This document shows, piece by piece, positions 12,695 through 25,559 of a DNA stretch of 64,000 nt. How positions within the stretch are numbered: the stretch's first letter is position 1; each line of letters starts with the position of its first letter. The notes under the pieces were generated by a model. The model had not been told where the DNA came from, searched no databases, and was given only the letters and a program-made list of their open reading frames with translations. This DNA comes from Podarcis filfolensis. Lineage: Eukaryota. Location of the stretch: the NCBI GenBank assembly GCA_964270895.1, contig OZ185436.1; one strand, given 5' to 3'. The translations under genes and the position numbers were made by a program.

Positions 12695-13384
12695 TAATCC
12701 TTTGCTGACCCTGTGTCAGCATCTGTGGCTGCAGAGGATATCAGCCATGGCTTGAATGACAATCCTTAGGATCTAATATTGCATATACGATATCTCTTTA
12801 TGAATTCATACACAGCAAGAAAACACCTACCACACGTAAGCCCATGGAGTTACCTTTATTTCTCAGTTTTATTATCATAGGATGTTCTCACAGCCCTCTA
12901 GGGTTGTTGTTTTTTTAAAAAACGATGACTAAATATGGATTTCTCCAAAACAATTAGTACTTTACATCCTGTTCCCATAATCAGATCCCCACTAGGTCTC
13001 TTTTAACAAACTCCATCCTCCTGGGGTGTATTATAAATTTGGCCTTCACTGGTCTGGATGATTTACCAGCATTAAAGAATGAAAGGCAAAGCAGCATTCT
13101 GCAAACCAGCCACACAAAATATGCATTTGATTCTGCACAGTTAGACACAGCCTACTGATTACTGCGATTGGTGGCATATAAGTCATTGATTTCCCTCACT
13201 CTCAACACTTTTATAGTTGAACAAAGGTTCTTACTTCATCCTCATAACATGCACGTCACCTGATAGTGACTGGTTTTTTGTTTTTTAAAAAGATATGTAA
13301 GAAATATACAATCTTTAAGCTTCAAGGCACTACTGCATATATCTCCTGAAGACTGTTAAATCCAAACAGTGTCTGTTACAAGTA

Positions 13385-13626
13385 CAGTAGTACCTCGGGT
13401 TAAGTACTTAATTCGTTCTGGAGGTCTGTTCTTAACCTGAAACTGTTCTTAACCTGAAGCACCACTTTAGCTAATGGGGCCTCCTGCTGCCGCCGCACCA
13501 CCAGAGCCCGATTTCTGTTCTTATCCTGAAGCAAAGTTCTTAACCTGAAGCACTATTTCTGGGTTAGCAGAGTGTGTAACCTGAAGTGTATGTAACCTAA
13601 AGTGTATGTAACCCGAGGTACCACTG
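13385..13626. mobile_element. Tc1/mariner-type MITE (family A), immediately followed by a second truncated MITE (13629 to about 13810)
   Basis: TA|CAGTAGTACCTCGGGTT ... AACCCGAGGTACCACTG|TA; the next element starts CAGTGGTATC after the same TA. Confidence 0.85.
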
Positions 13627-14472
13627 TACAGTGGTATCTTGATACTCAAATGGCTTGGCTCCCGAATGCCGCAAACCCAGAAGTGAGTGTTCTGGTTTGC
13701 GAACGTTTTTCGGAAGCCGAACATCCGACACAGCTTTCGGTTGAGTGCAGGAAGCTCCTGAAACCAATTAGAAACTGCACCTTGGTTTTCAAACCGTTTC
13801 GGGAGCCAAACTCCTGTAGTTACTTAATGAGATTGTCTTGTTCCTTTGCATGTTGCATATTCTAGCTATCATTTCACAATTCTGGCTACCATCAGATCAG
13901 TCTGCTCCTTGTAACTCTGATTGAGCTACTTACAGCTTCACTAACAACCTTTGTCCAGGACAAAATATGAGCCGGTGTACCTGGCTATGAGCTAGAGGAT
14001 GGCATTTATTGGGTGGGTATACATCCCCAGCAAACATACTCCTTCACTTCAATTTAGTGGGGCTTTCAATACAAAGAAGTCAACTCATTATTCCAGTGGC
14101 CCACTCTGAACTGTAGTCAGTCAATATGTTTATTTACACCAATGTATTTGTATGCAAGTAGCTTTGATGATCTTTCCCTCATTCATAATGACTTCACGGC
14201 TCTGTTTTTTCCTGTTTAATGAGGACTCTATGCTCTGTTCTTCCAAAGAGAAACAGCCAACAAAATAAGATCATGCACTTTTGACCTCTTTTTCTTCAAA
14301 ACCAGTGTCTGGTTTTATTTTAGTGTCTACCACAAACAATCCCTCAGAGGTTTTTAAAAAAATGCTTGAGTAAATTATTTAAATCCTATAGGAGTGTTAT
14401 ACAAACAGAACCAACTAATATATTTTCTACCTTCCCTACCTTCCTCTATTAGGCTGTCCTATCCTATGCATA

Positions 14473-14828
14473 AAGGTAAAGGTAAAGGGACCCCTGACCA
14501 TTAGGTCCAGTCGTGGCCGACTCTGGGGTTGTGGCGCTCATCTCGCTTTATTGGCTGAGGGAGCCGGCGTACAGCTTCCGGGTCATGTGGCCAGCATGAC
14601 TAAGCCACTTCTGGCAAACCAGAGCAGCACACAGAAACACCGTTTACCTTCCCGCCGGAGCTGTACCTATTTATCTACTTGCACTTTGATGTGCTTTCAA
14701 ACTGCTAGGTTGGCAGGAGCAGGGACAGAGCAACGGGAGCTCACCCCGTCACGGGGATTCGAACCGCCGACCTTCTGATCAGCAAGTCCTAGGCTCTGTG
14801 GTTTAACCCACAGCGCCACCCGCGTCCC
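14473..14828 (-). mobile_element. Sauria SINE, full length
   Basis: Reverse-oriented consensus; 13-bp TSD TATCCTATGCATA. Confidence 0.92.
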
Positions 14829-15058
14829 TATCCTATGCATACTTACTGGAGATTTGATTTCCATCAAAAGAAACATCACTAGATCAGGCTGTTAGGCAAG
14901 TGTTCTAACCTGGTCATTCTACAATTCCCCTTTTCTGAAAAATGTATTTAAGTTACTACAGTTTGCACTTAGTATTGCTAATAAGAATTTGAACACTCTC
15001 AGTTAATGCACTTCAGATATGGCACTCCTGAGTAGCAACTGCCTTTATAGCTTTAAAG

Positions 15059-15480
15059 AATCATAGAACTGTAGAGTCAGAAGGGATCCCAAGAGTCATC
15101 TAGTCCAGTCCCCTCTAAAGCAGTAATCTCAACTAGATCATACATGACAGTTGGCCATCCAACCTCTGCTCAAAAACCATCAAGTCCTAGCCTCTGGAGC
15201 ATACGGGGAAAAAGCTTGCTCCATTCTTCGTGCGACAGTCCTTCAGATATTTGAAGACGCTTATCACATCTCCTCTCAGTCTCCTCTTTATCAGGCTACA
15301 CATACCTATTCCCTCAACCGTTCCCCATAAGGTTTGGTTTCCAGACCCTTGATCATCTTGGTCGCCCTCCTCTGCACATGTTCCAGGTTGTCAATATCCT
15401 TCTTAAATTGTGGTGCCCAGAACTGTACACAGTACTCCAGGTGTTGTATGACCAAGGCAGAATGGAGTGGGACTATAACT
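15059..15480 (-). mobile_element. CR1 LINE 3' fragment
   Basis: aatcatagaa tail plus reverse CR1 ORF2 C-terminal sequence (ctgggcaccacaatttaagaaggatattgacaacctggaacatgtgcagaggagggcgacc). Confidence 0.8.
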
Positions 15481-16601
15481 TAGCCCTACTTATCTTCTGA
15501 AAGAGAATGTGATCGGGGACAAGATATTTTAAATAAGGTATATTTTAAATAAGGTAGAAGCATCCAACTATGCTTAAGGATTAATTGGAAGAAACTTTTC
15601 CAATTATCTTTCCCAGCTGTAAGGTAACCACCATATTAAGTGAAACAATTTTACTATCAATCACCAAACTCTTTCTGTACTCATATTTAATGAAACGGTC
15701 ATCACACAAAAATACTGCCTATGGTCAAGCTAACTGAAACAAGCAGAAACAGATGGAATTTAAAGGGATGCCAAAAGTTCGCTTTTCCTTCAGTATGATA
15801 CGTAAGGATTTGCTCTAAATTTTTGATGAATCAAATATCCTCAAACTGATTTAATTGCTGTGCGTGTGAGTCTTAACTATGTTGCAAGTCTCAGGTATAT
15901 TTAACAGCTAAAACACCTGTCGAATTTGGCAGGTGGGCAGATACAGAGCTCTAGCATTTTTCGCAGGCACCGAACAGTAACTTAGTAAGACATGGCCATC
16001 CATTTGAGGTTGAGCTGAATTTGGAGGGTTGCTCCAGGCCAACTGTAGCCAGGGAGAAGATTGCATGCCACAAGATCAATGTGCAATGACCTGGCGGGGC
16101 ATGGCTTCTTGTCTCAAGTTGCACTTTGGAGCACTGCTCTGAGCTGAATATGGGTAAGGAGGGCAGAGGCCATGAATTGCCAGGTCACTGTTCAGCTGAT
16201 CAGAACAGAGGCTGGCTGTTACACTCCCTTAGGTGATGACTCCATCACCAGTCAAGTCCATGGAGCAACTATCACTGGTAAGAGACTGAAAGGTGGGGAG
16301 GAGGCTATTCTCCCGTGTCCACCCCTGAGATCTTGAAGCAAGACGAAAATGCTGGATGTAGCTGCCCAAGGGTGCATCTATCTAAGAAGGCAGGTCATGT
16401 CAGGAAGCTGGGGGGGGGGGGAACCATGTTGCTCCTCAAAACCTGAGGCATGCTGAATATTCCAGTGCCGAACCAAAAGTTTATTGTGACCAAAATGCAG
16501 AAATCCTATCCTGTCTTTTGCACTATGTATTAAAGACAAAACGGCACCTAAAAACAAAAATAAACAAATCGAGATCTGTGAAAAGCAAAATGAGAACATA
16601 C

Positions 16602-16641
16602 CGGATATGTAAGAGCGTCCATTGCAGTCCTCTATATCCAT
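16602..16641 (-). CDS. IKZF4: IKZF4 start-codon exon, coding part MDIEDCNGRSYIS(G); whole exon 16602-16656
   Basis: Acceptor ctctttttctttag|AAGAG, 15 nt UTR plus 40 coding nt, donor CCG|gtatgt. The 40-nt phase-1 layout is that of Ikaros-family exon 2; the peptide matches the recalled MDIEDCNGRSY isoform start. Confidence 0.9.
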
Positions 16642-16814
16642 CTTTACAACACTCTTCTAAAGAAAAAGAGACAAAGGTCTATCAGAACAGCAGCTATAAA
16701 CCAAAGCAGGAACCTTTTGGTGAGATCCCAACCCACCCCCTGGTTGCACATCCTAAAATACAAAATTTAACTAAAGTACTTTTCAGGACTGAGGCCACAA
16801 TGGCAAAGGGCCAT

Positions 16815-16995
16815 AATTCACTGGCAGAGCATTTGAAATGTATGCAAAAGATCCCAGGTTAAATCTTCAGCCTTCTCAGGAAGGGCTGGGAAATCTCCTC
16901 TCTGAAGCCCTGGAAAGCAGCCACCAATCAGTGCTAGTCAATACTGAGTTAGATTGATCAACGGTCTGACTCTGAGTAAGGCAGTTTCCTATACC
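16815..16995 (+). mobile_element. tRNA-derived SINE (non-Sauria family), degenerate; another copy on minus at about 62425-62580
   Basis: A/B-box-like head (ggcagagcat...cccaggttaaatc) and shared tail gtctgactc...aaggcagtttcctat. Confidence 0.55.
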
Positions 16996-18654
16996 AATAT
17001 AATCGTGGATCATTGCCATGGAAGTATTTTAATGAGCTTTTAAAAAATCCAATTTGTCTCCTAACATTTTACCAATTTTTTTTTTAAATCCAGCCTATAT
17101 CTATATCAATATTATATATATAACCAATACGATATCAGATGATAACCTGGGAGTGCAAGTCTTCCAATTTGTGGCTTGGCAACAAAGAAAGAGAAAAGCT
17201 ACTTTTGACACATACGCACCCATTTTACTGGAAATAAAAGGCAGGGCATATATACGTATATGTATATATATATACATACACACACACACCAGCAAATAAC
17301 TCTCATAAAGTGGGGCCCATGTGGTTAATTTCGGTAGGGTTTTCTGTCATTGGGTCTGTATTCAGCTGCCCTTTAAAGGAGGAGGCTGTCAAACGGTGTT
17401 AGTTCACGAAACAGAAGCTAAACACTGCTTCAAAAGGTTGCAAGGAAGGAGCAGCTGTCAGTCTTACATCTGATGAGGCAAGACCAGATTCAAACTTCAT
17501 TGGTCTAGAACACAAGTGGCCACAGGCCACTGCTAAATTTGAATCCTTCAGTGGCAAGGTACAGTAACAACTGTCCAATGCAATTCATTTTCAATAAAAC
17601 AGACTCTCTGCTGTCATCCGCTCTTCTGGGTTCAGTATGAACTAAAATTGATGCTGGTACGTAGAAGGTACAGCACACAGGTAATTCTGAGCCCCAAATC
17701 CAGAAGTGCAGCTTTTATCAATGAAAAGCAATCGTTCTTTGGAAATGAGACTGAAAACCGACACATCGCATCACTGAGCAGTCAAGAAACAGGCATTTTC
17801 AAAGATCAGACTGGAATAACAGTATATATCTTGGTACTTAGCACCCCACAGAGATAATGAACATATTATGAACATTTTATACATTCAAATGCCTTCCCCC
17901 CATTACACTTAATGTTTTTTTAAAAAAATAAAAATAAGTGCAAACAACCACAAGTTTTACCACTTTGAATTCACACTGTAATTGACTACCAGTAAGCTCA
18001 TAAATGAGAACTCACTTGGAAAAAACAATTAAGAGCAACAATTTCCCGAGATATATTTTGGCTTAAGGATCTAATTTAGGTGCAGTTCGCAGAACACAGG
18101 GGAAACAAAGAATTGGTATAAAGAGGAAGGAAGAATGCAAGTTCTCTGGGGAAAAGTCAAGTGATGTACTTACATCTGAATGCGAAGCGAGGACGTTGAT
18201 GGATCCTAGGATAGCTTCCAAATACGGAAGACAAAGGCAAAGGAGAACGATACTCAACTGCAGCTAGGTTTAGGTTAATATCAGGAAGTAAATTCCCAAG
18301 TATAAAAAGTATATCGCTTACCACGGGGAGTTTTTAACTCACCCACCCCATCAGTAGCAAATGGTTTAGGCCAATGGTTCTTTGACTTTTTCAAAGCAAG
18401 CCTTTCTAACCGATAAGCAGGTGGGGGGGGGGGAAGGAGGTGTTTATGGTAACCCAAGGTCTCAGGTCTGGGAAGAGGCATATTTTTTTTAAAAAGCAAG
18501 CGTGAAAAGTGCAGGACCAAATGGATTAACAGCATACTGTAAAGTTATTAAGGGAAGTACGCTTGAAAGCAAAAAGCTCCAACGTTATTAGAAAGCGTAA
18601 GGACACACAGTCAATCTCTACCTCCATTAATGTACAGACTAAGGACAGAATCAA

Positions 18655-19011
18655 GGGACGCGGGTGGCGCTGTGGGTAAAACCTCAGCGCCTAGGACTTG
18701 CCAATCGCATGGTCGGTGGTTCGAATCCCCGTGGCGGGGTGCGCTCCCGTCATTCGGTCCCAGCGCCTGCCAACCTAGCAGTTCGAAAGCACCCCCGGGT
18801 GCAAGTAGATAAATAGGGACCGCTTACCAGCGGGAAGGTAAACGGCGTTCCGTGTGCTGCGCTGGCTCGCCAAATGCAGCTTGTCACGCTGGCCACGTGA
18901 CCCGGAAGTGTCTGCGGACAGCGCTGGCTCCCGGCCTATAGAGTGAGATGAGCGCACAACCCTAGACTCTGTCAAGACTGGCCCGTACGGGCAGGGGTAC
19001 CTTTACCTTTT
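18655..19011 (+). mobile_element. Sauria SINE, CpG-rich subfamily variant
   Basis: 15-bp perfect TSD TAAGGACAGAATCAA; diagnostic AAAACCTCAGCGCC and CGCATGG variants. Confidence 0.92.
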
Positions 19012-19549
19012 TAAGGACAGAATCAAGCCACTGCTTACGACATGGTGAATGCTTGAAAAACTCCCCATCACGAATGAGAGTCCACAACCAGGGTGTTAAG
19101 CCAAACGTATCAACCCAAACTTACGATAAGAGCTCGGCTGCATCCGACCAAAGGCTCAGCCCACTTCCCAGAGTGCTTATGGGAAGCCCAAAAGCAGGAA
19201 AGAAGTGGAACGGTCCTCTCCTGCTTTTGTTTCAGAGAAGCTGGTCTTCAGAGGCATGTTGCCTCTCATTCAGGACAAAGGAAACAGCAATTATGACTAG
19301 AGTCTCATCCCTCGTGAATTCGTCTCACTCCTGTTTGAAGTTATCAAAGTTAGCAGCCATCATCACATCTTATAGCAGCAAAATACCATGGTTGAAAGCA
19401 TGCATGGTCCAAAGAAGTACTTTCTCTTGTCGAATCACATTTCCGGTTGTCCGTAACCCTTGCTTAAGAAGTCACTCAACAAGCTGACTCTCAGTATGGT
19501 TGGAGTAGTCACGTAAGAAGTTTTAAAGTGGCCGCTATATAGCAGGTTA

Positions 19550-19900
19550 GGGACGTGGGTGGCGCTGTGGGTTAAACCACAGAGACTAGGACTTGCTGAT
19601 CAGAAGGTCGGCGGTTCGAATCCCCGCAATGGGGTGAGCTCCCATTGCTCAGTCCCTGCTCCTGCCAACCTAGTAGTTCGAAAGCACGTCAAAGGGCAAG
19701 TAGATAAATAGGTACCGCTCCGGCGGGAAGGTAAACGGTGTTTCCGTGCGCTGTTCTGGTTCGCCAGAAGCGGCTTAGTCATGCTGGCCACATGACCCGG
19801 AAGCTGTACGCCGGCTCCCTCGGCCAATAAAGCGAGATGAGCACCGCAACCCCAGCGTCGGTCACGACTGGACCTAGTGGTCAGGGGTCCCTTTACCTTT
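19550..19900 (+). mobile_element. Sauria SINE, full length
   Basis: Consensus head, body and CTTTACCTTT tail; no clear TSD. Confidence 0.9.
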
Positions 19901-20894
19901 AATATATTATAAATAAATAAATGTGGAAGTCAACCTTCGATCTTCCATCAATCAATTAATGAAGTGTATGTAGTTGTATGCCTCTCCACATGCTGTGCAA
20001 CACTGGACAAGCTGGTGCTACAATTTTGTTTTATCACAATCAAGAAACAAAGCTGCCTCCACAAATAGGTTATGGACAAAAAACCCCCCACCAGGCTGCA
20101 ATAATTTGACAACACTGTCAACTAAACGCTCCGTAAAAATAGGGTGAATAGAAACTGGCAATTCTAGCTAGTTACGAAGCAGTTTGAGCCATTCCTCTCT
20201 TCATTCAATAGTCTAGTCCCAGGACTTTATGGCTCTATAATGGACATTTGTGCTGTTCTGATCATTCCCATTATAGACATTTAAGAAATTATGTTCACCT
20301 AATGATTCAGCTATTGGTATCTGAATCCTAGAAACACACTTCTTGTTTAATTTTGGCATGAAAAGGACACAGGAGCCACATTGAGCTAGTTACTCACATA
20401 TCTTCTAGACAAAACCCCAGTGGGAAAAGGTCCCAGGGAACTGGGTTCTGTGTTGGAATAATAGAAGCATTTGGGCAGGGTGGACTGCATGTGTCACTCA
20501 GGCACAGTCCTGAGCCATGTGGAATCTTCTAACGGAAAAGTAGCTCACACTCAGCTAGAGCTATGTCTAAAGGGCACGCAAGTACTAACTGAACACTGGC
20601 AACACATCCTCTTTCTTTATTGGAAAACTTATGAATTGCCATGCTGAGTTACAACAAGGATCTGCCCAAAGCTCTGTTCTCTGTGATGTTCATTCCCTCT
20701 TAATCCAAGGCACTGGACAAGGATCCTCTGTGAAAACATCCACAAAGATTACCTGCCCACAAACTTTATTGTAGTGCATCTCTCTGCACACAGCTGCCAG
20801 CCATCTGTATATTTGTGACATAAAAGCAAAAAAACAAAAAACAAACCACCGCCCCCAGGAATTTATAAATTTACAAAACCCTTACTTATTCATA

Positions 20895-21312
20895 CAGTGG
20901 TACCTCGGGTTACATACGCTTCGGATTACATACTCCGCTAACCCAGAAATACAGTCATATCTCGGGTTGAATGTGTTTCGGGTTTCGTCGCTTGCGCATG
21001 CGCAGACGCTCAAAATGACGTCACATGCATGCGCAGAAGCGCCGAAACGTGACCTGCGCACGCGCAGACACGGGTTACGTTTGCTTCTAGATGCGAATGG
21101 GGCTCTGGAACGGATCCCGTTCGCATCTAGAGGTACCACTGTAGTACCTCGGGTTAAGAAGTTTGCTTCAGGATGAGAACAGAAATTGTACTCCGGCGGC
21201 GCAGCAGCAGCGGGAGGCCCCATTAGCTAAAGTGGTGCTTCAGGTTAAGAACAGTTTCAGGTTAAGAACGGACCTCCGGAATGAATTAAGTACGTAACCA
21301 GAGGTACCACTG
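20895..21312. mobile_element. Family A Tc1/mariner MITE with a family B MITE nested at 20952-21141
   Basis: Outer CAGTGGTACCTC...GAGGTACCACTG with TA TSD; inner CAGTCATATCTC...GAGGTACCACTG inserted at an internal TA that is duplicated. Confidence 0.88.
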
Positions 21313-22216
21313 TATTCTGCCTTTCTTCTATGATAGAACTTGTGATGTACAAGTACAGTATTTCCCATGCAGTTTCCTATCTAGGCACTGACCAGACCCA
21401 CTTAACTTCAGCAAACAGCATTATATGTCTTCTAGCAGTTACATTTTGAGTCCCCTACATGCAGAGGGAATTCTAAGCACTTAGGACAAAACTCCAATGA
21501 CTGTAGCACCACAACAGGAGGCTATCATTGACAGGACAAACCAGTCCTTAAATAGAAACCACAGCGAAATGGAACTTTTCTGCAATGGGATAGTATGGCA
21601 ATGAACTCTTTCATGCGCATCTAAGGTGAGAAGCAATACATACAATGCTTAGTGTGCGACTACACAAACTCCACCATTATAACTACAGTTTCAGGCAACC
21701 AAGTAGAGAGGCCGAGACATCTTCTAAAGTTACATACACAAATATTTTCTAAATTAAAGTCAATGCAGTGCTATTTTAAAAGGCCGATTTTGGCTAATGG
21801 GCATCCATAGCGTTTTGTGACAATGGATTCCTTGGATTATTATGCATTATGTGCTTACTTCAGAAGGCTCCCTCGTGGCAAACACTGAACTACACTCACC
21901 TTCCAGGGAAAGCAGTTACCCCAGTGTAACATTTACCCTGCCTCCTTGGAGTTATGCAACTGCAGAAGTAAACGTGTCATGCAAACATTCCAGAGCAGAT
22001 GGAAGGCTTGAGAGGGAAAAGCCACCATTCACTGAAGAGAATTCATTCTCAGTTGAAAGCTGCTCAAGGAGACCAGCTGGCTTCCACAGTTTAGCCATCG
22101 GGGCTGTCTAAACAGAACGGACGATTCAGCTCTGCTTGGTGTTTTCTCAGGAATGAGTTCAGAAGATAGCTGCTGCAACAGGGCTACAGAGCTCTGCCTA
22201 TGGTCATGACCACATA

Positions 22217-22432
22217 TAGGGTTGCTATACGTCCGGGAATTCCCAGGCATGTCCTCTTTTGGGGGTCCGGGGGAATTTTAAATTTTAAAGCAAATGTCCT
22301 GGTTTAAAAAAAATTAAATAAAATTGTGAACGGGTGGCTCTGGCGTGGGTTTGGGGCTGTCGGGTGATTGCCCTAAAAAAAGCTGAACAACTTTTTGTCT
22401 GGGTTTTTACCTCTTGAAATATGGCAACCCTT
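22217..22432. mobile_element. hAT-like MITE
   Basis: TIR-like TAGGGTTGC ... GGCAACCCTT; TSD not recognisable. Confidence 0.55.
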
Positions 22433-24579
22433 GTCTGATCTCAAAAGCGCTGCCTAGTACTTCTAATTTCTGCTTCATCACTGTTCACTGCATCAAACAT
22501 AACCCATAACCTAAAAAACAGGTTAAGGGTTCTAGCTGGGGTGACGTCCCCTGCTGGAGCAATGCCCCTACCTGTAACAGCTCCCACAATCTGGAGTCAT
22601 GTTGCAGAAAAAGTCTACAATATCCTTACACTATCACAGATCCCTCTTCAAGCCTAGAAAGCTACTGCCTTTTAGTAGAAAGGCAAGTAAGGAAGTTTAT
22701 TGTGGAGTGGCACATTTGGGGGAGTCAACCTTACTGCCTGGACTTCCCTAAGGCAGCAGACCTCCTACGTCAATATAGGTAGTGTTATGCTACTTTAAGA
22801 GGTGAGGAGGAGATCATAAGCATCCACAGGGAACATGAATCGGGAGGCAGATCAAATCAACTCTTTTTTTTTATCTATACCCTGTGAGCGTTTGCCAGCC
22901 ATGTGTTACATGGAACTGGGGAACAGCTTTTGGTGGAAATCAAACATTCAACTCTTTTTTGAGGTCTGTTCACATGCTTTTGTACAGCACTTTATGGCAA
23001 TATTATAGCTTCCTGGGAGTGAGAAATTCTCACTGTTTTGGAATTCAAGCCCAGATATACGGTGAAGTTTCCAGATTTCAGGTACAGCAAGAGAGAAACA
23101 GGGCCAGTGTGCAGAATCCCCTCTAGGCTCAAAGAATTAAGAACATTAGCACATTAAAAGTAGAACGCAGTGGCTTCAGAAGCCCTTGAAGTTCCTTTCA
23201 CTTTTGAAATAAGGGCTTTCCCCCCCAAGTGACAAAACTTAGGGAATAAAACCTTCAGAAGTAGTCCAATTATTTTAAACATGCATCGCCTCCCAACCTC
23301 TGCATGATGATGTTTACATGCATCCTTTTGCAATAGTTAAGACAGATCAGCATTTTTATTTTTTTTAAGGAAAGCAATAACTGAAAAGCTTCAGTGAAAA
23401 GAAACCCAGCTGGACCTTTGCATATCTCCTTTTTGCTCCAGACTGTGTCCGCATCTCGGAAATGAGAAAGTCTTATCAGGTTAATGCAGACCTTTTCCTT
23501 AGAGTTACTGTCGCTCCCTACAAGATACTTCCAACTGGGAAATATCAGCCGCACTGGGCAAATTTCAGTCTTGCAGGATCTGTTATGTTTTCTGCTAGAA
23601 CCCCCCAGGTTCACCAACTGGAGCCAGGTACAAGAGAGAAGCACTTATAAGCTACCAGAGATCTGACAGTAGATCCTGATCTACCTTCCGCCTACAGTTT
23701 TAACTCTTGCCGAGAAAGAAAAGGGAACGAAAGGGAACACAATGCAAGGTATTGCCCCAGGGCTACAAATCACCCAGGCCAGATTTCAACCTCTGAGTCC
23801 ACGGCTTCCTTGACCAACCACATTCTTTCTGCAGCACCTCTGTGGGGCTCAGGAGCCCAGTTATGTCACCCCTTGCCTGCAGAGGTGGCAGCCTCTTCTC
23901 TCCCCTCTCCTTGGGAGTCCTCTGGGCAGCAGCCACAACCGCCCCTGGTCTCTTAGCTTCCCCCACTCTGCCCCAAAGAGAGGTGCCTCCTTACACTGCC
24001 CCCCATGGGCCTGGGAAGAGGAGGCCCCCAGCCTTAGTGGCCTAACAGAGACTGGTCAAAGGTGAACACGAGGCCAACACCTTACCTTGGGAGACAGCAG
24101 CAGGCACCGTTAGGCCTGCACGGCAGAAAGGCTCCCCTTCAGCACCGGGCACACAGCTCCCGGGCAGGCCTTGCAGACAGCAAGCACAAGGAAGGCCAGC
24201 GCAGCGCCTGCCCACCCGGCCTCCCACTTGTCTGTCTGTGCCCAACTGGCTGCCTGGGCTCCTTTGCCCGCTTGCTTGCTTACTCCGAGGCTGCTTCAGG
24301 TCCTGGCAATCAGCACCCCCTGGCCAGCCCCAGAGGCACCAGGAGCTTGTAGCCAGGGCTGCTGCAACAAACAGCTGTGCAAGCCTTGGGGAGGCAGAAA
24401 TGTGAGAGGGCATCAGAGGAGGGAGGGAGGGAAGGAAGGAAGGAAAGGGGGGCAGAGGTCTGCAGCACCCCTGACCATCATTCAAGGCATGCCAGGGTGT
24501 CACGGCACACTGGTTGAAAACCACTGACCCAGGCTATTGTACCAGTGCAGCAGCTCAGGGTAACCCCGAACTGTATTTT

Positions 24580-24627
<48 letters not shown>

Positions 24628-24700
24628 TTTATTTATATCCCGCCCTCCCCAGCCGAAGCCGGGCTCAGGGCGGCTAACAACAATAAAACAGTACAACAGT
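24580..24700 (-). mobile_element. L2 3' end with (TTA)n tail
   Basis: Reverse of tgttagccgccctgagcccggcttcggctggggagggcgggatataaataaa followed by about 14 AAT units. Confidence 0.7.
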
Positions 24701-25559
24701 ACAACACAATGTGTACTGTTGTGATGCAATGTAATGTTATGTGATGTGATGCAAATACACACACACACACAATAGAAGTAGACACGCTATGTGGGCAGAG
24801 GGGTTGCATGGCAACAATACAGACAGTCTTATACATCAACAAAGTCCAGGATCTTCTTGCACTGGCACGGCAATATGACAAAAAAACCACAGCATTTAAC
24901 TGAAAAATTGCATGTGTTCTGAAGCTCTCCCATGCACCTCAGGATACCAAGCAGGAACAGGATACCGACTACCACGCAATGGAGCAAGTGTTGACACAGC
25001 AGCGGCTCTTGCGAGTGTCAAACAACAGAGGCAAACATCAATCATGTAAGGAGGTGGAATTCAGCAAGCCTGATCAACCTTTTAAGATGCTGCTCTGCAT
25101 CTAAAAAAAAACAAGGTCAGAAGGGAAACATTTTCAGGTTTCCCGATATTATCATCACTGAAGCACACAGCGACCTAACATTCCAAACAAATTACTCAGC
25201 ATTACCTGGAAGACAAGTAGGACAGCAAAGCAATGCACATTATTAACCTCCAATGAATCTGTTGGTGAGCAACTGTTGTTGGGCAGTGCGGGGACACATT
25301 GCTTCTGATACACTGCTTGTGGGAGTGGGGTGGGACCGTGAGTCTGCATGATGAAAATGTTAACACCAAATTATAGGTCACATTTATTTAAAATAATTTA
25401 TGCTATGCTATAAGCATGCTCTTAGGTTGGCAGTTCACTACAAATATTGAAACAAATTAAAAAGTACATTGAATTTTATTTTATTTTTAATGCTTACAAT
25501 CAACATAAACACCACATCTCAGACAAAACTACATTAAAACCAAAAGGTATGAAAAGGCA

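Noticed and set aside
14551-14778. Recurring MAEGAGVQLPGHVASMTKPLLANQ ORFs (also 1422, 19600, 44353, 52965, 58509) as a gene family
   Set aside because: They are antisense readings of Sauria SINE copies.
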